Origin: Acholeplasmatales bacterium
GTDB taxonomy: Bacteria; Bacillota_I; Bacilli_A; Izemoplasmatales; Izemoplasmataceae
Length of the DNA: 64,000 bases
Assembly (NCBI GenBank): GCA_007694145.1
Contig: RECF01000067.1
Location: 53,960 to 117,959, forward strand
Direction: 5' to 3'
Shown here: in pieces, positions 46,376 through 57,060 of the stretch
Numbering within the stretch: position 1 is the stretch's first letter
Layout of the letters: each line of letters opens with the position of its first letter
The notes under the pieces: model-generated
Told to the model about the DNA's origin: nothing
What the model saw: the letters and a program-made list of their open reading frames with translations, nothing else
The model's database searches: none
Translations under genes and position numbers: made by a program

Positions 46376-48715
46376 ATGAACAGTATAGAAGGACACGTCC
46401 GCTTCATCACGTACTACAACGAAGAGAATCGTTATGCCATCGTCAAGGTGGTCGTGACAACGGCCAACTTTTCCGAAGGTCTTTTTGCCGTGCCCGAAGG
46501 GACGCTTATGACGGTGACTGGGTATTTTCCCCGACCGGCCAAAGGTGAAACCGTCCGATTTTATGGCAACATCGTTCGCCACCCGACATATGGAGAACAG
46601 TTTGAAGCCAAATCGATGGAAAAAGTCGGTGAAACGACCGAGGCTGGGATCATCGAGTACCTTTCTAGCGACCTGTTTCCGGGCATTGGTCCCAAGACAG
46701 CCGAGCGCGTCGTTGCGACACTCGGGCGTGAGACCATCAAGAAGGTGTTGAGTTCTCCTCAGGCGCTTGATGAAGTGACGCCGCTAAGCCCGGCGGCGAA
46801 ACAGGTGATCGTGACAGGACTCAGTCGCTACAAGGCCGAAGAGCATATTTTGATTCAACTATACGGCTATGGTATTTCCGCTAAGATTGCGATGCGTTTG
46901 ATCGACCGCTACCGTCATGACACGATGCGTGTCTTGCAGGAAAATCCGTATCGATTGATCGATGAGGTCGACGGCGTCGGTTTTGATCGCGCCGATGACA
47001 TCGGCCGAAAACTGGGGTTTGCCAGCGATCATCCGCACCGGATCAAGGCTGTCATCCAGTATCTTTTCCGCCATCTCGTTCTAAACTTCGGCCATACACT
47101 CATCGATTACGAGACGTTTGTTGATGCGGTACTGAAACGGTTGAACAAAGATGTCCCCGATCTGGTGCGCGATACGATTGTCGAGCACATCGAGTCGCTC
47201 ATCCAGGCCAATCGTCTCATTCGACACGCGGATGATTTGACCCTTGCAAGCATTGCATATGCCGAAAAAACCATCGCCAGTAAGTTGGCCATACTCAATC
47301 AAGCGCCTCAAGCCACGGACAAAGGCAAGATAGAGACGCTGATTGCCGCGTTTGAAAAAGCCGAGCATATCCGTTACTCCGCCAAGCAGAAAGAGGCCAT
47401 CCATCGCGCCATGTCGCAACGGATGATGATTGTGACCGGCGGTCCCGGCACCGGCAAGACCACGGTCATCAAAGGGTTGGTCAAGGTATATCATCGCTAC
47501 CATAATCTCGAAGAGCCCACCCCTGAGCGGCGTACCTTGATACATCTTGTCGCCCCGACGGGCCGGGCAGCCAAGCGCATGCAGGAATCGACCGGTTACT
47601 ACGCCACGACCATCCACCGGCTTCTCGGTTACAGCTATGACGGCTCTTTTCAGCATAACAGGAGCCACTTGCTTGAAGGGAATTTGTTTATTGTTGATGA
47701 AGCATCGATGATTGATGTCTTTCTTGCCGCACAACTGCTTGAAAGTCTACCTGATTATGCCAATGTTGTCTTTGTCGGTGATGATGCGCAGTTGCCGAGT
47801 GTTGGACCGGGTCAAGTATTCAAAGACCTGATCGAAGCCGGTATTCTTCCAGTCACGACACTCGATATCATTCATCGCCAAGCGAAGGATTCTCATATCG
47901 TTCACCTTGCCAGCCACATCCGTGATGGTAAGTTGCCAAGCGACATGGATGTCTCCTATCCGGACCGCTATGTGTTCAATGAGCAGCCGGAACGGTTTCA
48001 AGGACGCTTGAAGCGGATTATCGATTATTTGGTCAAGCAAGGCCATGACCTTCATGATGACATACAAGTGTTGATTCCGATGTACAAGGGTGCAACCGGT
48101 ATCGATGAGACCAATCGTTTCCTGCAAGCAACCTACAACAAGACACCCGGACCCGAGGTGTCGCAAGGCGATCGCACATTCAGAAAAAATGACAAGGTCC
48201 TGCAACTTGTGAATCAAATCGAGGACGGTGTCATGAATGGCGATCAAGGTCGTGTCGTTGAAATCGATGCCGACAATCGGACCATGACTGTGGATTTCTT
48301 CGGCCAGATCGTTACGTACAAATCCCAAGATTTCATCAACCTTACCCACGCGTATGCCATGAGTGTGCACAAATCCCAAGGGAGCGAGTACAACGTCGTC
48401 ATCATGCCGGTCTTTGGTGCGTATGCGCACATGCTCAAACGCAAACTGATTTACACAGGTATTACCCGCGCCAAACAATGCCTAGTCTTGTTTGGTCAGC
48501 CCGAGCGACTTCAGTATGCTGTAAAACATCTTGAGGAAGACCGCAAGACACGGTTGAAGGATGCGCTTATAAGCATGCGCAAGCCGTCCTTGTTAGAAGA
48601 CACTGCGGCATCACCCCCTGCTGAGGGTCCGATGGTAATTGCGGACCCCGACATCCCCTTTGACACACTTGGTGAAAACTTACAGGGTGCAACACCCTAT
48701 GATTTTCTTGACTGA
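46376..48715 (+). CDS. recD2: ATP-dependent RecD-like DNA helicase RecD2 (YrrC)
   Basis: An N-terminal OB/HhH region, Walker A motif GGPGTGKTT, and SF1B helicase motifs. It lies upstream of alaS as in Bacillus. Confidence 0.88.
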   Translation: MNSIEGHVRFITYYNEENRYAIVKVVVTTANFSEGLFAVPEGTLMTVTGYFPRPAKGETVRFYGNIVRHPTYGEQFEAKSMEKVGETTEAGIIEYLSSDLFPGIGPKTAERVVATLGRETIKKVLSSPQALDEVTPLSPAAKQVIVTGLSRYKAEEHILIQLYGYGISAKIAMRLIDRYRHDTMRVLQENPYRLIDEVDGVGFDRADDIGRKLGFASDHPHRIKAVIQYLFRHLVLNFGHTLIDYETFVDAVLKRLNKDVPDLVRDTIVEHIESLIQANRLIRHADDLTLASIAYAEKTIASKLAILNQAPQATDKGKIETLIAAFEKAEHIRYSAKQKEAIHRAMSQRMMIVTGGPGTGKTTVIKGLVKVYHRYHNLEEPTPERRTLIHLVAPTGRAAKRMQESTGYYATTIHRLLGYSYDGSFQHNRSHLLEGNLFIVDEASMIDVFLAAQLLESLPDYANVVFVGDDAQLPSVGPGQVFKDLIEAGILPVTTLDIIHRQAKDSHIVHLASHIRDGKLPSDMDVSYPDRYVFNEQPERFQGRLKRIIDYLVKQGHDLHDDIQVLIPMYKGATGIDETNRFLQATYNKTPGPEVSQGDRTFRKNDKVLQLVNQIEDGVMNGDQGRVVEIDADNRTMTVDFFGQIVTYKSQDFINLTHAYAMSVHKSQGSEYNVVIMPVFGAYAHMLKRKLIYTGITRAKQCLVLFGQPERLQYAVKHLEEDRKTRLKDALISMRKPSLLEDTAASPPAEGPMVIADPDIPFDTLGENLQGATPYDFLD

Positions 48716-48742
48716 CGCCAGTTTTTTACGGTGGATATGGAT

Positions 48743-48770
48743 TGCATTAACAGGCCGGATAGGCTATAAT
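48743..48770 (+). promoter_or_regulatory. Promoter of the alaS leader
   Basis: TTGCAT, a 16-nt spacer, and gGCTATAAT. Confidence 0.5.
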
Positions 48771-48776
48771 AGTTGT

Positions 48777-48996
48777 GTTCGATGAGAAAGATGAGTAAGC
48801 CGTTTACAAAGCCCAGAGAGTTTGCGTCTGCTGCGAGCAAACGTGCGTGAGCGGGTGAAGCCACTTTCGAGAGACAGGCGATGAGTCTGTCCGCTTCATG
48901 CGGCGTTACAGCATAAGAGTGCCGGCAAGTCCGGAACTAAGGTGGTACCGCGGATAACCATTCGTCCTTAAGTGAATTTTAAGGACGATTTTTTTA
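48777..48996 (+). promoter_or_regulatory. T-box riboswitch leader for alaS
   Basis: The conserved T-box sequence AAGGTGGTACCGCGG (48941-48955) and the terminator cgtccttaagtgaattttaaggacg followed by TTTTTTT. Confidence 0.8.
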
Positions 48997-49006
48997 AGGA
49001 GATGAA

Positions 49007-51634
49007 ATGATGAAAATGATGTCAGGACACGAAATCAAGCAAGTTTGGCTCGACTTTTTCGCTGAACGCGACCATGCGGTCGCCGAAGGTGCGAGTTTAG
49101 TACCCATCAATGATCCGACTCTACTTTGGATCAATGCCGGTGTTGCGGCTTTGAAAGGGTATTTTGACGGCTCAAAAATACCTGAAAACCCTCGGATTGT
49201 CAATGCGCAAAAGTGCATTCGGACCAACGATATCGAAAACGTAGGCAAGACCGCCCGTCACCATACATTCTTCGAGATGCTTGGCAATTTTTCAATTGGC
49301 GATTACTTCCGTGATGACGCGATTGAATGGGGCTATGCCTTGCTCACGGATCCGCGCTATTTCGGTTTTGACCCCAACAAGCTTTATTTCACTGTTTATC
49401 CAACCGATCAAGATACGAAGAAAAAGTGGCTATCGCTTGGCGTGCCCGCCGAGCGCATCATTGAAAGTGAAAGTAATTTTTGGGAGATTGGGCAAGGTCC
49501 GTGTGGCCCGTGTACAGAAATTTTCTATGACCGGGGGTCATCCTTTGGTCCCGATGACATAGCATTGATTGCTGAAGATATCGAAAATGACCGGTACATT
49601 GAAATTTGGAACATTGTCTTCTCACAGTTCAATGCCAAACCCGGCCTGACACGTGAAGAGTATCCTGAACTGCCCAACAAGAACATTGACACAGGGATGG
49701 GTCTTGAACGGATGGCATGTATTATCCAACAGACCGAAACAAACTTTGAGACCGACCTTTTCTTTCCCGTCATCAAGCACATTAGCCGCATTGCCGGGAC
49801 ACCATACGACGGTTCAATGTCTTTCAAGGTCATCGCCGATCACATGCGAACAGTGACATTCGCAGTCAGTGACGGGGCTACGCTTTCTAATGAGGGGCGC
49901 GGGTATGTTTTACGTCGCCTGCTCAGGCGAGCAATCAAACACGGCCGTACACTCGGTATTGACCGCCCCTTCCTCAAAGAACTTGTCGATACGGTCGTTA
50001 CGATGATGGAAGACAGCTATCCGTACTTGAGCAAAACCAAGACCTTTGTTAAACAAGTGATTGAAAAAGAAGAAGTGAAGTTTCTTGAAACGTTACATCA
50101 AGGGGAAAAAATGCTCGAAAGTCTTCTCAAGGGTGACAGTGATACCTTGTCGGGTCAAGATGCCTTCATGCTCTATGATACCTACGGCTTTCCGCTCGAA
50201 CTGACCGAAGAGTATGCCGAGCAACATGGCAAGAAAGTCGACCGCCGCGGGTTCAACACGGAAATGCAAGCCCAGAAAGACCGGGCGAGAAGTGCGCGGA
50301 AGGTCATCCGTTCGATGAAGGATCAAAATGAAGCATTCATCCGCTTCAAGACACCGTCAACCTTTGTCGGCTACGACACCCTCACAACCCAATCACCCAT
50401 CATCGCCGTCTTTGATGTGGGGATTGTTGTCGAAGAAACACCGTTTTATGCCGAAAGTGGCGGGCAAGTATCGGATCATGGTCTCATTGTCCATAACGGC
50501 AATGCCTTTGAAGTCATCGATGTCGAAAAACTACCCAACGGACAGTTTTTGCATGTCCTTGAAAACGGACATGGCTTGAAAGTCGGACAAACGGTCGAAC
50601 TGCGCGTCGATCAGGACGCCCGCACGGCGACTCGGGCCCACCACTCGGTGACCCATTTGCTATACCAGACACTGCGGGAACTGCTCGGCGACCATGTCAG
50701 CCAGCAAGGCAGTTTAGTCGGACCAGACTACATGCGGTTTGACTTCAATCACTTCGAATTACCCTCAGAAGAAACCATCCTTGCCATCGAACAAAGCGTC
50801 AATGAGAAGATCATGACCAAGACACCGGTTCATGTGGAACTCACAACCGTCGACCAGGCTAAAACACGGGGAGCGATTGCTGAGTTCGGTGAAAAATATG
50901 AGAGTACCGTAAGGATGATCGACATGGGTGGCACGCTGGACTTGTGCGGTGGTACGCATGTCGACAACACAGCGGATATTGAGCGTTTTGCCATCGCACA
51001 CATCGAATCAAAAGGCTCGGGTATTTACCGGATTACCGGTTTGGCCAAAAATAAGGTCCACACAATCGGCACCTTCATGAAAGGGCTCGATGATAATCTT
51101 GAACAACTTCACAACAAAGCGAATCAAATTATTGAAGCCGCCGACAAACAAGGTATTACCCTCGACTTTGACGCACCGAAACAAGCACCAGTTCGCGGGT
51201 CTTATCGTGACATGATCAATCGCCGTCGCGATGTCGAAGCCTTGTCACAAGCAGTTAAGAAACTTGAACGTGACTTTCATGATGCGAAAGAACGCGCGAC
51301 ACTCAAAAATCTAGAGGACTATTTAAACCAGGCAATTAATGGTACAATAGTCTTGAAAACCGCCTATGAAGACGCCAATATGGTCAAAGGCCTTGCGGAC
51401 CGTCTGATGGAACATCTGGGTGATGGCGTCGTGTTCATTGCCAATGTCAGTGGTGGCAAGTTGTTTTTTGTGGCCAAATCTAAGACGGATGTCCATGCCG
51501 GCAATCTTGTCAAAGAAGCGGCTGCGAAGGCGGGGGGTTCTGGTGGTGGACGCCCGGACTTCGCTCAAGCTGGTGCAAGAAATGTCGATGAAGTTGATGC
51601 GGTCATCGACTACGTCAAACAGGTTTTGTCATGA
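49007..51634 (+). CDS. alaS: Alanyl-tRNA synthetase
   Basis: An 875-aa protein with a class II core, an editing domain (HSVTHLL...C), and a C-terminal DHHA1 domain. Confidence 0.95.
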   Translation: MMKMMSGHEIKQVWLDFFAERDHAVAEGASLVPINDPTLLWINAGVAALKGYFDGSKIPENPRIVNAQKCIRTNDIENVGKTARHHTFFEMLGNFSIGDYFRDDAIEWGYALLTDPRYFGFDPNKLYFTVYPTDQDTKKKWLSLGVPAERIIESESNFWEIGQGPCGPCTEIFYDRGSSFGPDDIALIAEDIENDRYIEIWNIVFSQFNAKPGLTREEYPELPNKNIDTGMGLERMACIIQQTETNFETDLFFPVIKHISRIAGTPYDGSMSFKVIADHMRTVTFAVSDGATLSNEGRGYVLRRLLRRAIKHGRTLGIDRPFLKELVDTVVTMMEDSYPYLSKTKTFVKQVIEKEEVKFLETLHQGEKMLESLLKGDSDTLSGQDAFMLYDTYGFPLELTEEYAEQHGKKVDRRGFNTEMQAQKDRARSARKVIRSMKDQNEAFIRFKTPSTFVGYDTLTTQSPIIAVFDVGIVVEETPFYAESGGQVSDHGLIVHNGNAFEVIDVEKLPNGQFLHVLENGHGLKVGQTVELRVDQDARTATRAHHSVTHLLYQTLRELLGDHVSQQGSLVGPDYMRFDFNHFELPSEETILAIEQSVNEKIMTKTPVHVELTTVDQAKTRGAIAEFGEKYESTVRMIDMGGTLDLCGGTHVDNTADIERFAIAHIESKGSGIYRITGLAKNKVHTIGTFMKGLDDNLEQLHNKANQIIEAADKQGITLDFDAPKQAPVRGSYRDMINRRRDVEALSQAVKKLERDFHDAKERATLKNLEDYLNQAINGTIVLKTAYEDANMVKGLADRLMEHLGDGVVFIANVSGGKLFFVAKSKTDVHAGNLVKEAAAKAGGSGGGRPDFAQAGARNVDEVDAVIDYVKQVLS

Positions 51635-52056
51635 AAAAGATGGGCCTCGATTTGGGAAACCGGACACTTGGGATCGCCATCAGCGACGCTGAAGGGCGAC
51701 TGGCAAGAGGGCTAGAAACCGTCCGATTTGAGATGGGTGACCATGAAAAACCGCTCGGACGGCTTTCTGAGATTCTTGCAACCCATGACGTCGATGTGAT
51801 GGTTTTGGGATTGCCGAAAAATATGGACAACAGCCTCGGCGAACAGGCTGAAAAGGTTCTGCACTTCAAGACGCTGCTTGTCGAACGGTTCGCGCAGCAA
51901 GTCGTCCTTCAAGACGAACGATTGAGTACGCGATTTGCCGAGCAATTGATGCGTCTTGGCAACAAACAACGGAAAAAACGTAAGCAAACTATTGATCAAG
52001 AAGCGGCTGCGGTGATTTTGCAAAGCTATCTTGATGCAAATAAACAGGAGGTGTAA
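51631..52056 (+). CDS. ruvX: Putative pre-16S rRNA nuclease / Holliday-junction-resolvase-like YqgF (RuvX)
   Basis: MKKMGLDLGNRTLGIAISD is the canonical YqgF N-terminus. The start overlaps the alaS stop. Confidence 0.88.
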   Translation: MKKMGLDLGNRTLGIAISDAEGRLARGLETVRFEMGDHEKPLGRLSEILATHDVDVMVLGLPKNMDNSLGEQAEKVLHFKTLLVERFAQQVVLQDERLSTRFAEQLMRLGNKQRKKRKQTIDQEAAAVILQSYLDANKQEV

Positions 52057-52058
52057 CC

Positions 52059-52319
52059 ATGAACGATCGAACATTGCGTGTTGAAGATGCTGAAGGGAAC
52101 ATCATCGATTATGAAATTGTGTTGACCTACACATCGGAAACTTTCAAGAAATCTTATGTGTTCTTCAAGGAATTCGGTGACTCGGAAGAGTTGTTTGTGA
52201 GGGAGTATGTCGAAACATCAGAGACAGGCGGCGATCTGCGCCCTGTAGAATCTGATGAGGAGTGGGAAGAACTCGAAGCAACACTCGAAGCGCATCTTGA
52301 GCATGAGGATGAAAGCTGA
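52059..52319 (+). CDS. DUF1292-family protein (YrzB-like)
   Basis: A small acidic protein immediately after ruvX, as in the Bacillus alaS-yrzL-yrrK-yrzB cluster. Confidence 0.7.
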   Translation: MNDRTLRVEDAEGNIIDYEIVLTYTSETFKKSYVFFKEFGDSEELFVREYVETSETGGDLRPVESDEEWEELEATLEAHLEHEDES

Positions 52320-52938
52320 ACCGTATCTTGACACGGTGCGCGCACGGGAGACGGACCCGTTTTCCCTCTCCTTGCGCCACCAAGCAGAGCAGGCCAAAAT
52401 CCCGATTATCGCCTATGACGGGTTATGCCTTTTAAGACAAGTCATCTTGTTGAAAAAAGTACACCGGGTTCTTGAACTCGGTACCGCCATCGGTTATTCT
52501 GCCATTGGGATGGCCCGTGTGGACGACACCATCGAAGTCATCTCTGTCGAGCGTGATCGGAGCATGGTCGAAACCGCGCGGAAAAATATCCATGCGGCCA
52601 ATCTCGAAGGGCGCATTACGATTATCGAAGCCGATGCAAGGGAACTCGACCCTGAGACCCTTGATGGTCTTTTCGACTTGGTGTTCATCGATGCCTCCAA
52701 GTCTCAAGGGGTCCAGTATTTTGAACGCTATGAAGCCTGCTTGGCCCCTCAAGGTGTCATCATCACCGACAATGTGCTTTTTCACGGTTTGCATGAAGCG
52801 ACGATTCATTCGCGTAACTTGCGCCAACTGACCCAAAAAATCGACCGGTTCAACCGGTATTTGTTGACACGTACGGATTATGACACGGTTATTTATCCCA
52901 TCGGCGACGGGATGAGCGTCAGCATTAAAACGAGGTGA
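52303..52938 (+). CDS. trmR: SAM-dependent O-methyltransferase, TrmR (YrrM)-like tRNA 5-hydroxyuridine methyltransferase
   Basis: A class I SAM-binding motif VLELGTAIGYSA with a caffeoyl-CoA-OMT-like fold. It lies upstream of two U32 genes (the yrrMNO arrangement). Confidence 0.72.
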   Translation: MRMKAEPYLDTVRARETDPFSLSLRHQAEQAKIPIIAYDGLCLLRQVILLKKVHRVLELGTAIGYSAIGMARVDDTIEVISVERDRSMVETARKNIHAANLEGRITIIEADARELDPETLDGLFDLVFIDASKSQGVQYFERYEACLAPQGVIITDNVLFHGLHEATIHSRNLRQLTQKIDRFNRYLLTRTDYDTVIYPIGDGMSVSIKTR

Positions 52939-52942
52939 CCCT

Positions 52943-53833
52943 ATGCAACTTGCCGTCACATTGACCGACTTCGACCTCATCGGGCCCTTCAAACGAAGTG
53001 GTGCCGATGTTTTTGTCGTTGGCATCAACGGATTGACCCATCGCTACGGCAAGACGTTTTCCCTCGATGCACTGCCTAGGCTTCATGCAGCGATTCGCGC
53101 AACAGGCGCTCAGATGTGGGTCGCGTTGAACGGTCTATACCATCCCGCGCAACTGCCTGTGCTTCAAGCTGCGCTCGACAGACTAGCAAACGATCCGCCT
53201 TCACAAATACTTTTTGCGGATACGGCTGTGTATGCGCTTGCGCAAGATAGGGCGCTTACTAAACGACTGATCTATCACCCGGAAACATATGTCAGCGCCG
53301 CGGCTGATCTACGATTTTGGCATGAACAAGACATTGGTGGTATTATACCGGCTCGAGAAACGACCCTTGATGCGCTCATGTACATGGGCCGTATGAGTCC
53401 ACTACCATTGATGTGGGTCGGCCACGGCTACATCAATATGTTTCACTCACGACGGCCACTCGTGCGTCACTATCTTGATCATACCGGTCATGCTTATCCT
53501 GAGGCGTATCACGCCAAACGACTTGATTTGCACGAAACAACTAGGCAAGATGCTTTCCCGATCCTCGAAGATGATTACGGCACCCATGTCTTCCGAGCCA
53601 AACCGCTGGCAAGTTTTGCTGAACTACCCAAGCTCTCACCATGGCTCAATACACTGATTGTTCAAAGTCTTTTCTTAAACGACGAAGACGTCGCAACCGT
53701 TCTTGCAGACTATCGGGCGCTTTTAGACGGTGCCGCCCTAGAGCCGCTTGTGGAAAAATATGCATCCTCATGCGACAATGGCTTTTATTACAAGCAGACG
53801 ATTTTGGAGAAAAAGCGGGGGGTGAACCCATGA
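52943..53833 (+). CDS. Peptidase-U32-family protein (YrrN-like, tRNA ho5U synthesis partner)
   Basis: Position and length match yrrN. It lacks an obvious U32 catalytic signature. Its stop overlaps the next start. Confidence 0.65.
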   Translation: MQLAVTLTDFDLIGPFKRSGADVFVVGINGLTHRYGKTFSLDALPRLHAAIRATGAQMWVALNGLYHPAQLPVLQAALDRLANDPPSQILFADTAVYALAQDRALTKRLIYHPETYVSAAADLRFWHEQDIGGIIPARETTLDALMYMGRMSPLPLMWVGHGYINMFHSRRPLVRHYLDHTGHAYPEAYHAKRLDLHETTRQDAFPILEDDYGTHVFRAKPLASFAELPKLSPWLNTLIVQSLFLNDEDVATVLADYRALLDGAALEPLVEKYASSCDNGFYYKQTILEKKRGVNP

Positions 53834-55053
53834 AGAAACCAGAACTCCTCGCCCCGGCTGGTGATCTTGAAAAACTGAAGATTGCCTTATTGTATGGTGC
53901 GGATGCTGTGTTCATCGGCGGTAAGCAATTTTCCTTGCGTGCGCGCGCTTCCAACTTCGACATGCCAGTCATCGCCGAAGGCTGCCGGTTTGCAAAAAGT
54001 CTCGGCAAGAAAGTCTTTGTGACAGTCAACATCTTACCCAAAGAAGACGATCTTGAAGGGCTTGTTCCGTATCTTCAGGCGCTTGAGAAGTCCGGTGTCG
54101 ATGCGATTATCGTCGCCTCAACGGCCGTTTTACTTGCAGCGCGCAACCACACACACCTCGAAGTGCACCTCTCCACCCAGCAATCCGTTACCAACGGAAC
54201 CAGCGTTAATTTTTGGGGTAAGGCGGGGTATGCACGCGTCGTCTTGGCCCGCGAACTGACGCTTGAAGAAATCGCCAAGGTTCGCGGCGTAACGGACACA
54301 GAACTCGAAGTCTTCATCCACGGTGGCATGTGTGTGTCATATTCAGGTAAATGCACCTTGTCAAATACGATGACCGACCGGGATGCAAACCGGGGTGGGT
54401 GTGCCCATTCCTGCCGCTGGGATTACCGCCTCAGTGAAGAGGGCCGTTCAATCGGTCCGGACGATACGCCGTTTGCGATGAGCTCAAAAGACTTGCAATC
54501 GCTTCAACACATTGAAAAGTTGATGCGCATCGGTGTCGACGCGCTAAAAATCGAAGGCCGCATGAAAAGTATCCACTACATCGCCACGGTTGTTTCAACG
54601 TATCGTCACCTGATCGACGCGTACCACGCTGGCCGTCGCGTTGACCTGCCGGCTTACGTGATAGAACTTGCCAAAGCCGAAAATCGCTTGACAAGCGATG
54701 GCTTCTTAGGTGGTATGACGCGTCCTGAATCCCAACTCTACAACATGCGTAGCGAGCAACCGAGTCAAGCGTTTGCCGGTATCGTTCGTGCCTATGATGT
54801 CAAGAACCATACCGCACTCGTTGAGCAACGCAACCTGTTCACCACCGGCGACAGTCTTGAAGTTTTGAGCCCACAAGGCGTGAAGGCACCATTTGTAGTC
54901 GGTGACATGTTCGATGAGGAAGGGTTTAAGGTTACCGTTGCAAGACATCCGAAACAGCGCTTAATCTTCACCGTTCCTTATCCGCTTGAGCCCTATGATC
55001 TCTTACGGCGCACAAACCACGCGGATTCTGTTGTCACCCATGACAAAACATGA
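53832..55053 (+). CDS. Peptidase-U32-family protein (YrrO/TrhP-like, tRNA hydroxylation)
   Basis: MKKPELLAPAGDLEKLKIAL is the canonical U32 N-terminus. A Cys-rich motif GGMCVSYSGKC is present. Confidence 0.8.
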
Positions 55054-55092
55054 TACAATACTACTCAATAGGCATCGCCATTCAGGAGGTAT

Positions 55093-55569
55093 ATGATGGA
55101 CCAAAACGGTAAGTATAAATTAACCCAATCGGGTATTGAAAAACTGAAAGCAGAGCTACACCTTCTCAAGACAGTCGAACGAGAAGCGAACCTTGAAGCG
55201 CTCAAAGAAGCACGCGCTCAGGGCGACCTGACCGAAAACGCCGATTATGACGCTGCGCGTGAAGAACAGGCGCGGATTGAAAAACGTATCAAAGAACTTG
55301 AAGTCATTTTGAAAAATGTCGAGCTGATCGGTGACAACGACCGCACCAACAAGGTGACCATCGGCAAGACAGTGACGTTGAAAATCGGCAAGGCCGAGCC
55401 TTCGGATTATCGCATTGTCGGCACGCTTGAAGCGGATCCGCTCAATCATCGCATTTCTAACGAGTCGCCGATTGGTAAAGCGGTCATCGGCAAGAAAAAA
55501 GGCGATGAGATCAAGGTCAAGACTGAAACGCAAAAAGAAATTCTCGTCACGGTCGTCGATGTGAAATAA
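55093..55569 (+). CDS. greA: Transcription elongation factor GreA
   Basis: A coiled-coil N-terminus with the acidic tip (DLTENADY) and an FKBP-like C-terminus. Confidence 0.9.
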   Translation: MMDQNGKYKLTQSGIEKLKAELHLLKTVEREANLEALKEARAQGDLTENADYDAAREEQARIEKRIKELEVILKNVELIGDNDRTNKVTIGKTVTLKIGKAEPSDYRIVGTLEADPLNHRISNESPIGKAVIGKKKGDEIKVKTETQKEILVTVVDVK

Positions 55570-55592
55570 AGAATGGTTGCCATTCTTTTTTT
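55568..55592 (+). terminator. Terminator after greA
   Basis: Stem aagaatgg...ccattctt followed by TTTTTTT. Confidence 0.65.
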
Positions 55593-55609
55593 CGTCAGGA
55601 GGTTTTGCG

Positions 55610-56299
55610 ATGCATATTGGTTTGCTTTATGCCATGCCTGAGGAACGCGCCGCCTTCACCGCGCATCTTTCTGATTACACCACCGCGCCACTTGATGGAC
55701 TCACATCGTATGTGGCCCGTATCGGCAAACATGATTTGACACTCGTAGAATGCGGCATCGGCAAAGTCAACGCTGCCGTCGCAGCCACAAAACTCATCCG
55801 CGAGAAATCGATCGACTTGCTCATCAGCACGGGTGTTTCCGGAGGTGTGATGCTTGACCCCAAATCCTTGGTGTTAGCACGCGCGGTCGCTTACCACGAT
55901 GTCGATGTCCGGTCATTTGGTCAGTATGTCAAAGGCCAGTTACCCGGTATGCCACCTTTCTTCCCAACAGACGACAAGGTACGCACTTTAGCTCATGCAT
56001 GCGCCGAAATACGGGGGTTTGAGAGTTATGTCGGCATGGTGGTATCTGGGGATCAGTTTTTGACAGACAGCGCCGTCCTCAATGACATGCACGCACTGTA
56101 TGACGATGTGGTTGCTACCGATATGGAAGCCGCTGCCGTCGGGCATGTCGCTTACATGGAAGGGGTACCGTGTTTGATTATCCGTTCGATTTCCGACCGC
56201 CTCGACACACCGGGTCAAATCGACGATTTTTCCAAGTTTCTCACGCAAGCCGCCAAGCGGGCCGCTGAACTCGTTCATGATGTGGTGCAAGCGCTGTGA
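55610..56299 (+). CDS. mtnN: 5'-methylthioadenosine/S-adenosylhomocysteine nucleosidase
   Basis: MHIGLLYAMPEE... and GIGKVNAA are MTAN signatures. RBS aggagg. Confidence 0.85.
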   Translation: MHIGLLYAMPEERAAFTAHLSDYTTAPLDGLTSYVARIGKHDLTLVECGIGKVNAAVAATKLIREKSIDLLISTGVSGGVMLDPKSLVLARAVAYHDVDVRSFGQYVKGQLPGMPPFFPTDDKVRTLAHACAEIRGFESYVGMVVSGDQFLTDSAVLNDMHALYDDVVATDMEAAAVGHVAYMEGVPCLIIRSISDRLDTPGQIDDFSKFLTQAAKRAAELVHDVVQAL

Positions 56300-57060
56300 G
56301 GTTTTCTAGAAGACTCGCTGGAACGGTCTGTACTTTTGATCTTGTGCGTCGCCGGGGACAAAAGCGTCTCATCGTCACGCCACTCACCCAACACCACTAC
56401 CGTATTACAGCGCCGAGAAATATCGCACAACGTACAGTTGAAAACAGTTTGGATAAAAACGCTGAAACGATTCTTGGCCTCAAGCCAACCGTCTTACCAC
56501 TGAAAAGGATGGTCGCGGCGCGGCAGGTGTTTGTTTTCGGTAAGCGTTACCGTTTAGAGACAGCCATGACGGGTTCGACAGTCTTAACCGAAGGGGTACT
56601 AACTTTGGCGACTCGGTCAACGCTTGATAAGGATATCGAGCAAGCTTTGTCTAAGCAACTCGAGATTTGGTTGAAAGCGTATATCGCCGAACTGGTCGCC
56701 ACCTATGCCACTGTCCTGTCTGCCATGCAGGTGTCTGCACCGGTCATTCAGTACCGCACGATGAAAACCAAGTTTGGCAGCTGTCGTCCAACGCAAGGAA
56801 GGATTACGCTTAATCTCGAGCTTATCCATTATCCCATGGCGCTGGTCGAGTATATTTTTCTTCACGAGATTACCCACTTCAAACATCCAGACCACAGTCC
56901 GAGCTTCTACCACACACTATCCACACTGTGCCCACATCACCGCACCTACAAAAAAAGCCTTGACACCATGCGCCACGACTTGCTCTATGCGCCGCTTGAT
57001 ACCTATGCACCCACATCCTCAATGATGTGTGAACCCAGATTCGACGGGAGGTTTCCATGA
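56296..57060 (+). CDS. YgjP/DUF45-family (M48-like) metal-dependent hydrolase
   Basis: An HExxH motif in FLHEITHFKHPDHSPSFY. GTG start overlapping the mtnN stop. Confidence 0.65.
   Translation: MRFSRRLAGTVCTFDLVRRRGQKRLIVTPLTQHHYRITAPRNIAQRTVENSLDKNAETILGLKPTVLPLKRMVAARQVFVFGKRYRLETAMTGSTVLTEGVLTLATRSTLDKDIEQALSKQLEIWLKAYIAELVATYATVLSAMQVSAPVIQYRTMKTKFGSCRPTQGRITLNLELIHYPMALVEYIFLHEITHFKHPDHSPSFYHTLSTLCPHHRTYKKSLDTMRHDLLYAPLDTYAPTSSMMCEPRFDGRFP

Noticed and set aside
53641-53831. The upstream extension of the second U32 gene, which overlaps the yrrN-like gene.
   Set aside because: The U32 N-terminal signature MKKPELLAPAGDLEK starts at 53832. The extension is out of context and encodes low-complexity Arg-rich sequence.
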